From Chloroflexota bacterium (GTDB taxonomy: Bacteria > Chloroflexota > Limnocylindria > Limnocylindrales > CSP1-4): a stretch of 64,000 nt of DNA. Made by a program: the position numbers and the translations under genes. The DNA is taken from positions 56,575 through 120,574 of the forward strand of contig SCUO01000047.1 in assembly GCA_004297395.1 (NCBI GenBank), read 5' to 3'. Shown piece by piece: positions 26,274 to 35,770 of this stretch. The notes under the pieces were generated by a model, which worked only from the letters and a program-made list of their open reading frames with translations, had not been told where the DNA came from and did not search any database. Numbering within the stretch: the first letter of the stretch is position 1; each line of letters starts with the position of its first letter.

Positions 26274-27820
26274 CGCTTGCTCAACGCCGCCAGCAGCCGC
26301 TCGCCGATCCGGTAGCTCTGGCCGCCGCCCATGACGAGGACGACGTCCCCGGCCGCGACCTGGCCGGCCAGCCAGTCGGCCGTTGCCTCCACCGAGCCCG
26401 GCGCCCCGTGCGGAATCCCCGGCCGGCGGCGGGCGACGGCCTCGGCGAGGGCGGCGCTCGAGGCGACCGTGGTGTCGGTGTCGCGGCCGGCCCAGATGTC
26501 GGCGACGGCCACCGCATCGGCGGTGGCCAGGGCGACGGCGAAGTCCTCGAGCAGGGCCGCCGTCCGGTGGAACGTCAGGGGCTCATACACGGCCCACACC
26601 CGCCGCCCGGGCTCGCGCTGGCGGACGGCGGCGATGGTCACGCTGATGGCGGTCGGGTGGTGCCCGTAGTCGTCGTAGACGACCACGCCCGCAGCCTCGC
26701 CCTTGCGCTCGAGCCGGCGTCCGACGCCACGGAAGCGGCCGACCCCCCGGGCAACCTGGACGGGATCGCCGCCGAGGAGCGAGGCGACGCCGATGACGGT
26801 CAGTGCGTTGGCCGCGTTGTGCCGGCCGGCCGTCGCCAGCCTGACGACGAGCGGATCCCCGGCTCGCGGGAGGCCGAAGATCTCCAGGGTCGTCCCACCG
26901 GGATCGAGCGCCGTGATGGTGGCGACGATCGCCTCGGCCGGACCGCCACCGGTCCGGTAGCGCTCGCGTGCGGCGGCGATGGCCGGGCCCGGTGACGCGT
27001 CCTCGTCGAGGACCTGGGTGGCGAGCACGCCGCCCTCCCAGCCGGAGAGCTGCTCGGCGACGAGGCGGGCTCCCCGGTCGCCGATGTTCGCGACGAGCAC
27101 CGGCCGGTGGCCGTCGTGCCAGGCACTCCGGCGGATCCACGCGTCGAACGCGTCACGGACGGCCAGCTCGTCGGCGAAGACGTCGGGGTGGTCCCACTCG
27201 ACGCTGGTCAGGACCGCGATCGACGGCCGATAGGGATCGAAGTTGCCGGCATACTCGTCGGCCTCGACGACGAAGCGCTTGGCGTCCGCGCGGTGGATCG
27301 CGGTCGAGGGGGCGCCCACCACGCTCGGCAGGAGCGCGCCAACGAACGCCGAGGCGTGTGGGACCGCCGCGAGCAACCAGCCCGCCGTCGTGCTCTTGCC
27401 GTGCGTCCCCGCGACGGCGACGAGCCGCTTGCCGTAGGCGGCGTCGGCGACGACCTGCTGCCACGGCTCGATCGGGATGCCGGCGGCCCGGGCCGCCTGG
27501 AGCTCGGGATGGTCCGGCGCGATCGCGGTGAGCGCCTTCGTGACCGCGAGCCGGTCCGGCGGTGGCGTCGTGGTGACGTGCGCGGCCGCATGGCCGGTGA
27601 GCAGCTCGAGCCCGGCCTCGGCGAACGCCGCCGTGTACGGCGACGGCCCGCCGGCATCGCAGGCGGTCACCACGGCTCCGGCCCAGGCGGCGTGGAGGGC
27701 CGCGGCGGATGCCCCGGCGCCGGCGGCCCCGACGACGTGGATGCGTTCGCCGAGCCGGATCGGCCGGGCCTCCCGGGCCTGCGCCAGTCCCGCGCCGATC
27801 TCCGCGGCCGACCGCGTCAC
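26270..27820 (-). CDS. murC: Divergent MurC/Mpl-like Mur ligase
   Basis: GTHGKSTT, EADEY, EWDHPD, GRHNAANA, GVGRRLE, DDYGHHP, VMGGG. N-terminal domain is atypical. Confidence 0.75.
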   Translation of the reverse strand: MTRSAAEIGAGLAQAREARPIRLGERIHVVGAAGAGASAAALHAAWAGAVVTACDAGGPSPYTAAFAEAGLELLTGHAAAHVTTTPPPDRLAVTKALTAIAPDHPELQAARAAGIPIEPWQQVVADAAYGKRLVAVAGTHGKSTTAGWLLAAVPHASAFVGALLPSVVGAPSTAIHRADAKRFVVEADEYAGNFDPYRPSIAVLTSVEWDHPDVFADELAVRDAFDAWIRRSAWHDGHRPVLVANIGDRGARLVAEQLSGWEGGVLATQVLDEDASPGPAIAAARERYRTGGGPAEAIVATITALDPGGTTLEIFGLPRAGDPLVVRLATAGRHNAANALTVIGVASLLGGDPVQVARGVGRFRGVGRRLERKGEAAGVVVYDDYGHHPTAISVTIAAVRQREPGRRVWAVYEPLTFHRTAALLEDFAVALATADAVAVADIWAGRDTDTTVASSAALAEAVARRRPGIPHGAPGSVEATADWLAGQVAAGDVVLVMGGGQSYRIGERLLAALSKR

Positions 27821-28314
27821 CCTCCGGCCGCCTCGGCTCGTTCGATGAGCAGCTCGAGTACTGCCCGGGCGCTCTCGAGCCTGTTCCCGGCGCGGTCGCT
27901 GCCCCAGGTGAACCGGCGGACATCCGTCCCGCGGGCGTCGGCCAGGCCAACGTAGGTCAGCCCGACCGGCTTCTCCGGACTCCCGCCGTCGGGGCCGGCG
28001 ATCCCCGTCACCGACGCCGCGAGCGACGCCCGGAGGCGATCCCGCGCTCCCGTCGCCATCGACCGGGCGACCTGGGCGCTCACCGCCCCATGGGCGGCGA
28101 GGCTGGCTTCGGGGACACCTAGGAGCGAGGCCTTGGCCGCATCCGCGTACGAGACGACGCCGCCCGCGAAGTAGCCCGACGAGCCCGGGATCTCGGTGAT
28201 CGCCGCCGCCACGAGGCCGCCGGTGCACGATTCGGCGACCGCGACGGTCAGGCCTCGCCCAAGGCAGACGCCCTGGAGTCGCTCGGCCAGGCTCCGCAGG
28301 TCCGCGTCAGCCAC
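27817..28314 (-). CDS. cinA: CinA C-terminal domain / nicotinamide mononucleotide deamidase
   Basis: AVAESCTGG, HGAVS, TGIAGPDGG..KPVG. Confidence 0.92.
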   Translation of the reverse strand: MADADLRSLAERLQGVCLGRGLTVAVAESCTGGLVAAAITEIPGSSGYFAGGVVSYADAAKASLLGVPEASLAAHGAVSAQVARSMATGARDRLRASLAASVTGIAGPDGGSPEKPVGLTYVGLADARGTDVRRFTWGSDRAGNRLESARAVLELLIERAEAAGG

Positions 28315-28320
28315 GACGCG

Positions 28321-29751
28321 CTACCGGCGCTGGGTGAGCTGCGGCGGCGCGGGTGGCTGGAAGAGCCAGGTCTCCGGGATGCCGGGCGCGCCGAGGGCAC
28401 CCAGCGAGACTCCATTCAGGGTGTATCGCGTGACGCCCGAGGAACCCGTCCGGACCTCGACCGATGTCGTGCCGGTGAACACGATCGTCTCGCCCGATCG
28501 GAGTGTCTTCCCGGCCTGGGTCAGGCGCGGATCCACGACGCCATCGACCCAGACCTTGAGCCAGGCATTGCCGCCCTGGACGGTCACGACCAGGTTGACG
28601 CCCTTGTATGCGACGGTGACGGTCCTGGTCAGGGACGCCGTCTTGCCCTCCTGGGAGGTGGCCGTGATCGTGATCGACCAGCGACCCTCGGTCAGCTCGA
28701 GGGGCGTGGCGAAGCTGCCGTCGGCCCCGACCTGGACGGTCAGCCCATCGGGCTCCTCGGGCGGTGCCGAGGCCGACGGATCCGGTACCGGCGTCACCGT
28801 CGGTACCGGCGCCGCCGTGGGCACGGGTGTCGGCGGGGTCGAACCATCGGGCGGGCCCAGCCAGGTCGCGCGGACGACGACCGTGGAGGCGTTGGTGGTC
28901 ATGCCCTCGACCGGTATCGCCCCGTTCTCGAACGTCGTCCCGTCCTGGGGCTGGGTGACGGTCAGCGTCGGCGCCTGGATGACCAGGTACGGGACGTTGA
29001 TGATCAGCTGCTTGACCTCGTCCGCGTGCCGCCCGGTCTCGGGATCCAGGGCGTCGATGTAGAACTGGTTCTGGCCCCGCCGGACGTCCACGGCGACGCT
29101 CCAGGTGCCGTCCGACAGGGCCGTGACCCGGTACGTCGGTGGCTGGCTCGGGCCGAGGGCGACGGTCACGGTTGCCCCGGCCGTGGCGGTGCCTTCCAGC
29201 CGGTAGGTGGTCGCGGATTCAGGCGCCTCGACGACGGCCGAGGCCGGCCGCACGATCTCGAGGGTCGGGGGCTTGGCGAAGCGCATGAGCTGCGAAGCGA
29301 GGTACAGGCCGAACAGGACGACCGCAACCGTCATCATCGCCGCGGCCACGACCGACGGCGAGAACGTCAGCGGCCGGGGCGTCTCCAGGATGGCCTTGGG
29401 GGCCACGACGACCGGCTCGGTCGGCACCTGGTCGCCGCGTTCCCGGCGCCACTGCCGGAGGACGTCTTCGGGATCGAGCTCGAGGTAGATGGCGTAGTTC
29501 CGGAGGAAGCCCTTGGTGTAGACGGCGCCGGGCAGCTCGCGATAGTCGCCTCGCTCGAGGGCGGCCAGGTAGCGGGCCCGGATCTTGGTGTCCCGCTCGG
29601 CCCGGAAAAGATCGACGCCCTTCCGCTCGCGGGCCGCGACGAGCCGGTCCGGCAGGGCCGGCGTCAGGTCCGGTTCGATGGGTGCCCGATCGCCGCGGGC
29701 ACCCGCGCGGGCCTCGGCCCCGGTCCGTCGCGCCTCGTCGCCGATGGCCAT
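28321..29751 (-). CDS. rodZ: RodZ-like protein (HTH, TM, two Ig-like modules, DUF4115)
   Basis: TKIRARYLAALERG..LPGAVYTKGFLRNYA, single TM, C-terminal WLKVWVDG..LNG. Confidence 0.85.
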   Translation of the reverse strand: MAIGDEARRTGAEARAGARGDRAPIEPDLTPALPDRLVAARERKGVDLFRAERDTKIRARYLAALERGDYRELPGAVYTKGFLRNYAIYLELDPEDVLRQWRRERGDQVPTEPVVVAPKAILETPRPLTFSPSVVAAAMMTVAVVLFGLYLASQLMRFAKPPTLEIVRPASAVVEAPESATTYRLEGTATAGATVTVALGPSQPPTYRVTALSDGTWSVAVDVRRGQNQFYIDALDPETGRHADEVKQLIINVPYLVIQAPTLTVTQPQDGTTFENGAIPVEGMTTNASTVVVRATWLGPPDGSTPPTPVPTAAPVPTVTPVPDPSASAPPEEPDGLTVQVGADGSFATPLELTEGRWSITITATSQEGKTASLTRTVTVAYKGVNLVVTVQGGNAWLKVWVDGVVDPRLTQAGKTLRSGETIVFTGTTSVEVRTGSSGVTRYTLNGVSLGALGAPGIPETWLFQPPAPPQLTQRR

Positions 29752-29757
29752 GTCTGT

Positions 29758-32154
29758 CTAGTCATCCCCTGCGTCGCCGTCGTCCGGATCGCCTCCCGGC
29801 TCGTCACGCCGGAGCACGACCCGGGCGTTCGACCCGTCGAACGCACCGATGTAGCCCCGCGCCTCCAGCTGGTCGATGATCCGGGCGGCTCGCGCGTAGC
29901 CGATCTTGAGTCGTCGCTGGAGGAGCGACGCCGAGGCTCGATCGTACTCCCGGATGACATCACGGGCATCATCGAAGAGCCGGTCCTTGTCGACGTCGTC
30001 GAGGTCCTCGACCGTGCCGGTCGATTCCTCGTCACCCTCGATGATCTGCATGTCGTAATGCGGATCGTCGATCTGGTCCTTCCAGTGGGTCCCGATCCGG
30101 CCGATCTCGACGTCCGAGACGAAGACGCCCTGGAGGCGCATCGGACGGGGCAGGTCGGACGGCTGGTAGAGCATGTCGCCGCGGCCGATGAGGTCCTCCG
30201 CGCCGGGCGAATCGAGGATCGTCCGGGAATCGATCTGGGAGGCCATCGCAAACGCGATCCGGCTCGGGAAGTTCGCCTTGATGAGGCCCGTCACCACGTT
30301 GACCGAGGGCCGCTGGGTGGCGAGGACCATGTGGATCCCGGTCGCCCGGGCCTTCTGGGCCAGGCGAACGATCGGGTCCTCGACGTTCTTGCCCTCGCGC
30401 ATCATGAGGTCGGCCAGCTCGTCGACCACGATGACGATGTAGGGCATCCGGTCGTCGGGGTCGATCCGGGTGTCGTTGTAGGCCCGGATGTTCCGCGAGC
30501 TCGCCCCGGCGAAGCGTCGGTAGCGGCCCTCCATCTCGTTGACCGCCCACTTGAGGGCCGCCTTGGCCCGCTCCGGCTCGGTGATGACCGGCACGAGCAG
30601 GTGGGGCAGGCCGTTGTAAGCCGCCAGCTCGACCCGCTTGAGGTCCATGAGGATCATCCGGACGTCGTGCGGGGTGGCGTTGCAGAGGAGGCTGGTGATG
30701 AGGGCGTTGACCATGACGCTCTTGCCCGAGCCGGTGGCCCCGGCGATGAGCAGGTGCGGCATCTTGGCGAGATCGACCGCCTGGGCCTTGCCGGCGACGT
30801 CGCGACCCAGGGCAAAGGTCAGCTTCGAGGTCCCCGCCCCGCCGAGCTCCACCTGCTCGAGGATCCCCCGCAGGGCGACGATGTTGAAGTCCTTGTTCGG
30901 GACCTCGATGCCGACCGCGCTCTTGCCGGGGATCGGAGCCTCGATCCGGAGGCTCCGGGCCGCCAGGGCCATGGCCAGGTCGTCGGCCAGTCCCTCGATC
31001 CGGCTGACCTTGACGTGCGGGGCCGGCTGGACCTCGTACTGGGTCACCACGGGGCCGGCGTTGCGGCCGACGATCTGGGCCTGGATGTCGAAGCTGGCCA
31101 GCTTCTTGACGATGATCTCCTCGTTCCGCCGGTGATGGGCATCCTCGTTGGCGAGGCCCACTCGCTCGACCGCCGCATCCAGCAGGTCGAGGTGCGGCAG
31201 GACGTAGTCGATTCGGTCCCGGGTCGGCGGCGAATCCGAGGCCGAGGTGATGTCATCGAGTGCGCGGACCGGGCGCGGCGGCGCGACGAGCGTCGCTGCG
31301 GCGGCGCCAGCGGCGAGCTCCCCGTTCCGGGCTGGCGCGAACGTGGCCGACGTCGGGACCGCCGACGGCACGGCCGAGGGGATGTGGTCGCCGTGGTCCT
31401 CGCCCCAGATCCCCGTCTGGCCGCTCGAGGGCGAGGCCGAGATGCCGGCCTTGCCGGCCCGGCCACCCCGTCCGCCGCCGTTGCGATCGTTCACCACGCC
31501 GGTCCCGGGGCCGGCGGCACCAGCGCCATTTCCGCGGCCCCGACCGGTGGCCTCGTCGGCGCCAGGCCTCGAGTCGCGCCGGATCGAGGCGGCTGCGGCG
31601 GCACCGAGCCAGTGGGCCAGCGTCGTGCCTGGCTTCACCAGCTCGCGGAGGGGCAGGTTGAAGGCGAGCATGAGCCCGACCGCCCCGACGGCGACGAGCA
31701 GGACGAACGCCCCCGGCGCCGTGAGCGGCGAGACGAGGGTGTCCTCGAAGAACCGCCCAAGGCGGCCGCCGCTGATCTCGCCGAGCGGGGCGATCTGGAT
31801 CGCGCCGAGGAGCCCGAGGTAGGCCACGACGATCCCCACGATCGTGAGGCCCCAGCCCGACGAGGGCTGCCGGCCGGGACCCCACTCGACGTACCAGCCC
31901 GCGCCGAGGAGCAGGAACGGCAGGAGCCAGCGGAGGCTCCCGAACCACGGCCCCACCGAGCCGATCCACCAGTCGGTGAGGCGGCCCTGGCCGGGCAGGA
32001 CGAGGGCGACCAGGGTGAACACGCCGACCACGAGCAGGATGATCCCGACGATCGAACGGGCCACCTCGGGCCCGACGCTGGGCAGGGCGATCCGGGGCAG
32101 GCCGAGACCGCGTCGGCGGCTTCGACGTGGTGCCGCCCGGCGGCGAGTGGCCAC
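29758..32154 (-). CDS. ftsK: DNA translocase FtsK/SpoIIIE
   Basis: N-terminal TMs, GATGSGKS, DELADLMM, LATQRPS, gamma domain LLQRRLKIGYARAAR. Confidence 0.97.
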   Translation of the reverse strand: MATRRRAAPRRSRRRGLGLPRIALPSVGPEVARSIVGIILLVVGVFTLVALVLPGQGRLTDWWIGSVGPWFGSLRWLLPFLLLGAGWYVEWGPGRQPSSGWGLTIVGIVVAYLGLLGAIQIAPLGEISGGRLGRFFEDTLVSPLTAPGAFVLLVAVGAVGLMLAFNLPLRELVKPGTTLAHWLGAAAAASIRRDSRPGADEATGRGRGNGAGAAGPGTGVVNDRNGGGRGGRAGKAGISASPSSGQTGIWGEDHGDHIPSAVPSAVPTSATFAPARNGELAAGAAAATLVAPPRPVRALDDITSASDSPPTRDRIDYVLPHLDLLDAAVERVGLANEDAHHRRNEEIIVKKLASFDIQAQIVGRNAGPVVTQYEVQPAPHVKVSRIEGLADDLAMALAARSLRIEAPIPGKSAVGIEVPNKDFNIVALRGILEQVELGGAGTSKLTFALGRDVAGKAQAVDLAKMPHLLIAGATGSGKSVMVNALITSLLCNATPHDVRMILMDLKRVELAAYNGLPHLLVPVITEPERAKAALKWAVNEMEGRYRRFAGASSRNIRAYNDTRIDPDDRMPYIVIVVDELADLMMREGKNVEDPIVRLAQKARATGIHMVLATQRPSVNVVTGLIKANFPSRIAFAMASQIDSRTILDSPGAEDLIGRGDMLYQPSDLPRPMRLQGVFVSDVEIGRIGTHWKDQIDDPHYDMQIIEGDEESTGTVEDLDDVDKDRLFDDARDVIREYDRASASLLQRRLKIGYARAARIIDQLEARGYIGAFDGSNARVVLRRDEPGGDPDDGDAGDD

Positions 32155-32159
32155 GGCTC

Positions 32160-33848
32160 CTAGACCTCGACCACGACCGGGAAGACCATCGGCCGGCGCT
32201 TCGTCTGCTCGTACAGGAAGCGCGAGACGCCGTCCTTGATCTGGGTCTTGAGCAGGGCGATCTCGCTGATGTGGTCACCGGGGTTCTCGACCGAGGCGAC
32301 GACCCGCACGACGGCGGCCTCGAGGATCCGGTCGTACTCGGCCCCGTGGATGAAGCCGCGGGTGATGATCTCGGGCGTGCCGATGACGGCACCGGTCTGC
32401 TTGTCGACGGTCACCACGATCATGAACATGCCGTCGTTGGCGAGCGCCCGCCGGTCGCGGAGGATGACGTCGCCGACCTCGCCGACCGACAGGCCGTCGA
32501 CGAAGACGTACCCGGCCGGGACGGCAGTTGCGCGCCGGGCCGAGCCGTCGGCGAGGAACTCGATGGGCTGGCCGTTCTCGATGATGAACACGTTCTCCGG
32601 CGCTACGCCGGTCTCGATCGCCAGGCGACCGTGCTGGACCTGCATCCGGAACTCGCCGTGGATCGGGATGAAGTGCTTCGGCTTCGTCAGGCCGAGCATG
32701 AGCTTCAGCTCCTCCTGGCTGGCGTGGCCGGAGACGTGGGCCCGCTTGATCGTGTGGTAGAAGACGTTCGCCCCCGCCTTGAACAGGTTGTCGATCGTCC
32801 GGCTGACGTACTCCTCGTTGCCGGGGATCGGGCTGGCGCTGACGATCACGGTGTCGCCCTGGCGGATCTCGACGAAGCGGTGGTCACGGTTGGCCATCCG
32901 GGCGAGGCCGGCCATCGGCTCGCCCTGGGCGCCGGTCGTGCAGATGACGAGCTTCGCGTCGGGCACGTCGTTGAGCTTGTCCTTGGCCACGATCCGGCCC
33001 GTGTCGTAGGTCAGGTAGCCGAGGTCCGAGGCGATCCGGAAGTTCTGCTCCATCGAGCGGCCGATGACCGTGACCTGGCGGTCGAACGTGGCGGCGGCGT
33101 CAAGGACCTGCTGGACGCGGGCGATGTTGCTGGCGAAGGTAGCCACGATGACCCGGCCGTCGAGCGGCTCCATGATCTCGCGGAAGGCCTCGCCAACGGT
33201 CCGCTCCGAGGGCGTATAGCCGGGGTTCTCCGCCCGCGTCGAGTCCGACATGAGGCAGATGACGCCCTCCTCGCCGAGCTTGGCGAGGGTATGGAAGTCG
33301 CTCAGCTTGCCGTCCACGGGCGTGTGGTCGAACTTGAAGTCGCCGGTGTGAACGACGATCCCGACCGGTGTCCGCAGGGCGATGCCCATCGCGTCGGGGA
33401 TCGAATGGCCGATCCGGAACGGGATGGCCGTGAAGGGCCCGATCTGGAGCTCGTCACCGGGCTCCAGGGCGAGCAGCGGGTTGTTGTGGAGCTTGTGCTC
33501 CTTGACCTTGTTGCCGAGCAGGCCGCGAGCGAGCGTGGACGCGTAGACGGGCACGCCCGGGAACTCGGGCAGGATGTAGGGCAGGCCGCCGACATGGTCC
33601 TCGTGGGCATGGGTGATGAGGAAGGCCCTGACGTTCGCCTTCTTGTCCCGGAGATAGGTGATGTCCGGGACGACGAGATCGATGCCGAACATCTCCTCGT
33701 CGGGGAACATGAGGCCGCAGTCGATGACGACGATGTCGTCGCCGTACTCGAACACGAACATGTTCTTGCCGATCTCGCCCACCCCGCCGAGCGGGATGAT
33801 CCTGAGGGGCGTGCCGGTCGGCTGCGGTGCGGCGGATTTCCTGGGCAT
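32160..33848 (-). CDS. rnj: Ribonuclease J
   Basis: LGGVGEIGKN, HAHEDH, HSIPD, HVSGH. Confidence 0.97.
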   Translation of the reverse strand: MPRKSAAPQPTGTPLRIIPLGGVGEIGKNMFVFEYGDDIVVIDCGLMFPDEEMFGIDLVVPDITYLRDKKANVRAFLITHAHEDHVGGLPYILPEFPGVPVYASTLARGLLGNKVKEHKLHNNPLLALEPGDELQIGPFTAIPFRIGHSIPDAMGIALRTPVGIVVHTGDFKFDHTPVDGKLSDFHTLAKLGEEGVICLMSDSTRAENPGYTPSERTVGEAFREIMEPLDGRVIVATFASNIARVQQVLDAAATFDRQVTVIGRSMEQNFRIASDLGYLTYDTGRIVAKDKLNDVPDAKLVICTTGAQGEPMAGLARMANRDHRFVEIRQGDTVIVSASPIPGNEEYVSRTIDNLFKAGANVFYHTIKRAHVSGHASQEELKLMLGLTKPKHFIPIHGEFRMQVQHGRLAIETGVAPENVFIIENGQPIEFLADGSARRATAVPAGYVFVDGLSVGEVGDVILRDRRALANDGMFMIVVTVDKQTGAVIGTPEIITRGFIHGAEYDRILEAAVVRVVASVENPGDHISEIALLKTQIKDGVSRFLYEQTKRRPMVFPVVVEV

Positions 33849-33862
33849 GGGGCCTGGTCCGA

Positions 33863-34606
33863 TCAAAAGAAGGTCGGCGCGTCGAGCGCCGGGTCGACCG
33901 GACCAGCGTCCGGTGGCGGAGTCGGGAACGCCTCGGCCGTGGCCGGCGCCCCGGCGACCGCGGAGGCGGTGGTGCGACGCCGGCGGGCCTCGAGCAGGGC
34001 CGCGGGGATGCCGGTCGCGTCGTCGTAACTCTGGCGCTCGACCTCGGGGGCGCGGAGGGCTGCCGCCGGGTGGTACATCGCGTAGACCATGGCCGAGGTG
34101 GCGCCTGTTGTGGGGTCCACAGGGTGGAGCGTCCCGTGGGCCTGGGTGATCCTGGCCCCCGGGATGAAGCGGCCCATCGAGTGGCGGCCGAGGGTCACGA
34201 CGAGCGCCGGGTCCAGGATCTGGAGCTGGCGCTGCAGGTACGGCAGGCAGGCGGCGACCTCGTCCGGCTCGGGGTCGCGGTTGTCGGGCGGTCGGCACTT
34301 CACGACGTTCGTGATGAACACCTCTTCGCGCCGCCAGCCGATCGTGGCGAGGAAGCGGACGAGCAGGTCGCCGGCTCGACCCACGAAGGGTCGACCCTGG
34401 CGGTCCTCGTTCATCCCGGGCCCCTCGCCGACGAACACGACCTCCGTGTCGGGGTGGCCCTCGCCCGGCACGGCCCGGGTCCGGCCGGCGTGGAGACGGC
34501 AGCGGGTGCAGGTGCGGACCTCCGCGGCGATGGCCTCGAGCGCCGCCGCCCGCGAGGCCGGCGCCTGGGCCGGGGCGTCGAGCGCCAGGCGCTCGCCTGA
34601 CGTCAC
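33863..34606 (-). CDS. Uracil-DNA glycosylase family 4
   Basis: CTRC..GEGPG, NVVKCRPP.NR, YHPAA (Fe-S Cys ligands present). Confidence 0.93.
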   Translation of the reverse strand: MTSGERLALDAPAQAPASRAAALEAIAAEVRTCTRCRLHAGRTRAVPGEGHPDTEVVFVGEGPGMNEDRQGRPFVGRAGDLLVRFLATIGWRREEVFITNVVKCRPPDNRDPEPDEVAACLPYLQRQLQILDPALVVTLGRHSMGRFIPGARITQAHGTLHPVDPTTGATSAMVYAMYHPAAALRAPEVERQSYDDATGIPAALLEARRRRTTASAVAGAPATAEAFPTPPPDAGPVDPALDAPTFF

Positions 34607-35676
34607 GCCGGCGCCCCGACCGGGTTCGTTGCCCGCCGCGAGCGCGCCCGGACCCAGTCGCGCTCGACAAGGGCCTCGGCGATCTCGACCGCATTCGTCG
34701 CGGCACCCTTGCGGAGGTTGTCCGAGACGACCCAGAGGGCCAGCCCGCGGCCGCCGTCGATCGAGGGATCCTGGCGGACGCGACCGACGAAGACCTCGTC
34801 CCGGCCGGCCGCCGTGCTCGCGAGCGGGTACTCGTGGCTGGCCGGGTCATCCTGGACGACGACCCCGGGGACCTTCGCGAACAGCGCCCGCGCCTCGTCC
34901 GGGGAGATCGGCCGCGTCGTCTCCACGTGGACGGCCTCGGAGTGGCTCACGAAGACGGGGATCCGGACCGCGGTGCAGGACAGGCGCAGCGCGGGCAGGT
35001 GGAGGATCTTGCGGCTCTCCGTGACGACCTTCCACTCCTCTCGGGTGTAGCCGTTATCGAGGAAGACGTCGATCTCGGGCAGGGCGTTGAACGCGATCGG
35101 GTGGGGATAGACGGCCGCGACCTTGGGCTCGCCGCGAACGTGGGCCTGGACCTGGCCCTCGAGCTCGGCCAGCGCGTCGGCGCCCGTGCCGGACACGGAC
35201 TGGTAGGTGTCCACGATGACCCGGTCCAGCCCGACGCTATCGCGGAGGGCCATGAGGACCGGAACGAGCTGCATCGTGGAACAGTTCGGGTTGGCGATGA
35301 TCCCCTCGTGCCATTCGAGGTCGTCTGGGTTGACCTGGCTGACGACGAGCGGCACGGCCGGATCCATCCGCCAGGCGTTCGAGTTGTCGATGACCGTCGC
35401 GCCGCGGGCCGCCGCAGCCGGCGCCAGCTCCAGCGAGACATCGCTGCCGGCGCTGAACAGGGCGATGTCGACGCCCTCGAACGCGTCCGGGACTGCCTCC
35501 CCGACTTCGAGCGTCCGACCCGCGGCCTCGACCGTCCGGCCGGCCGAGCGGCCGCTCGCGAGCAGCCGCAGCTCGCCGATCGGGAAGTCTCGTTCGGCGA
35601 GGACCTGGGCCATTGTCCGACCCACGACGCCGGTGGCGCCGACGACGGCTACGCTGAGCGGGGAACGCTGGTTCAT
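34603..35676 (-). CDS. asd: Aspartate-semialdehyde dehydrogenase
   Basis: GATGVVG, NPNCST, SVSGTG, DNLRKGAA. Confidence 0.97.
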   Translation of the reverse strand: MNQRSPLSVAVVGATGVVGRTMAQVLAERDFPIGELRLLASGRSAGRTVEAAGRTLEVGEAVPDAFEGVDIALFSAGSDVSLELAPAAAARGATVIDNSNAWRMDPAVPLVVSQVNPDDLEWHEGIIANPNCSTMQLVPVLMALRDSVGLDRVIVDTYQSVSGTGADALAELEGQVQAHVRGEPKVAAVYPHPIAFNALPEIDVFLDNGYTREEWKVVTESRKILHLPALRLSCTAVRIPVFVSHSEAVHVETTRPISPDEARALFAKVPGVVVQDDPASHEYPLASTAAGRDEVFVGRVRQDPSIDGGRGLALWVVSDNLRKGAATNAVEIAEALVERDWVRARSRRATNPVGAPA

Positions 35677-35722
35677 CCGGGCATGGCTCCGCAGGGTGAT
35701 CTGATCAGGCGGGCACGGCGCG

Positions 35723-35728
35723 AGTATA
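35723..35728 (-). promoter_or_regulatory. -10 element for the asd operon
   Basis: TATACT about 46 nt upstream of the asd ATG in an otherwise GC-rich gap. Confidence 0.55.
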
Positions 35729-35770
35729 CCCGGCCCGCTCGAGCCTTCCGCCCAACGAGGCCGTACCGCC

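Noticed and set aside
29026..32163. 1045-aa plus-strand ORF and similar long antisense ORFs (for example 11033..13633, 42715..44706, 53147..55363, 60462..62354)
   Set aside because: Shadow frames of real minus-strand genes, expected at high GC3. Sequences are Arg/Gly/Pro-rich with no recognisable motifs.
32160..34850. Apparent N-terminal fusions in the ORF track (896-aa RNase J, 879-aa IspG, 708-aa BNR, 323-aa S15, 652-aa MurC)
   Set aside because: The extensions overlap genuine neighbouring genes in other frames. True starts lie downstream.
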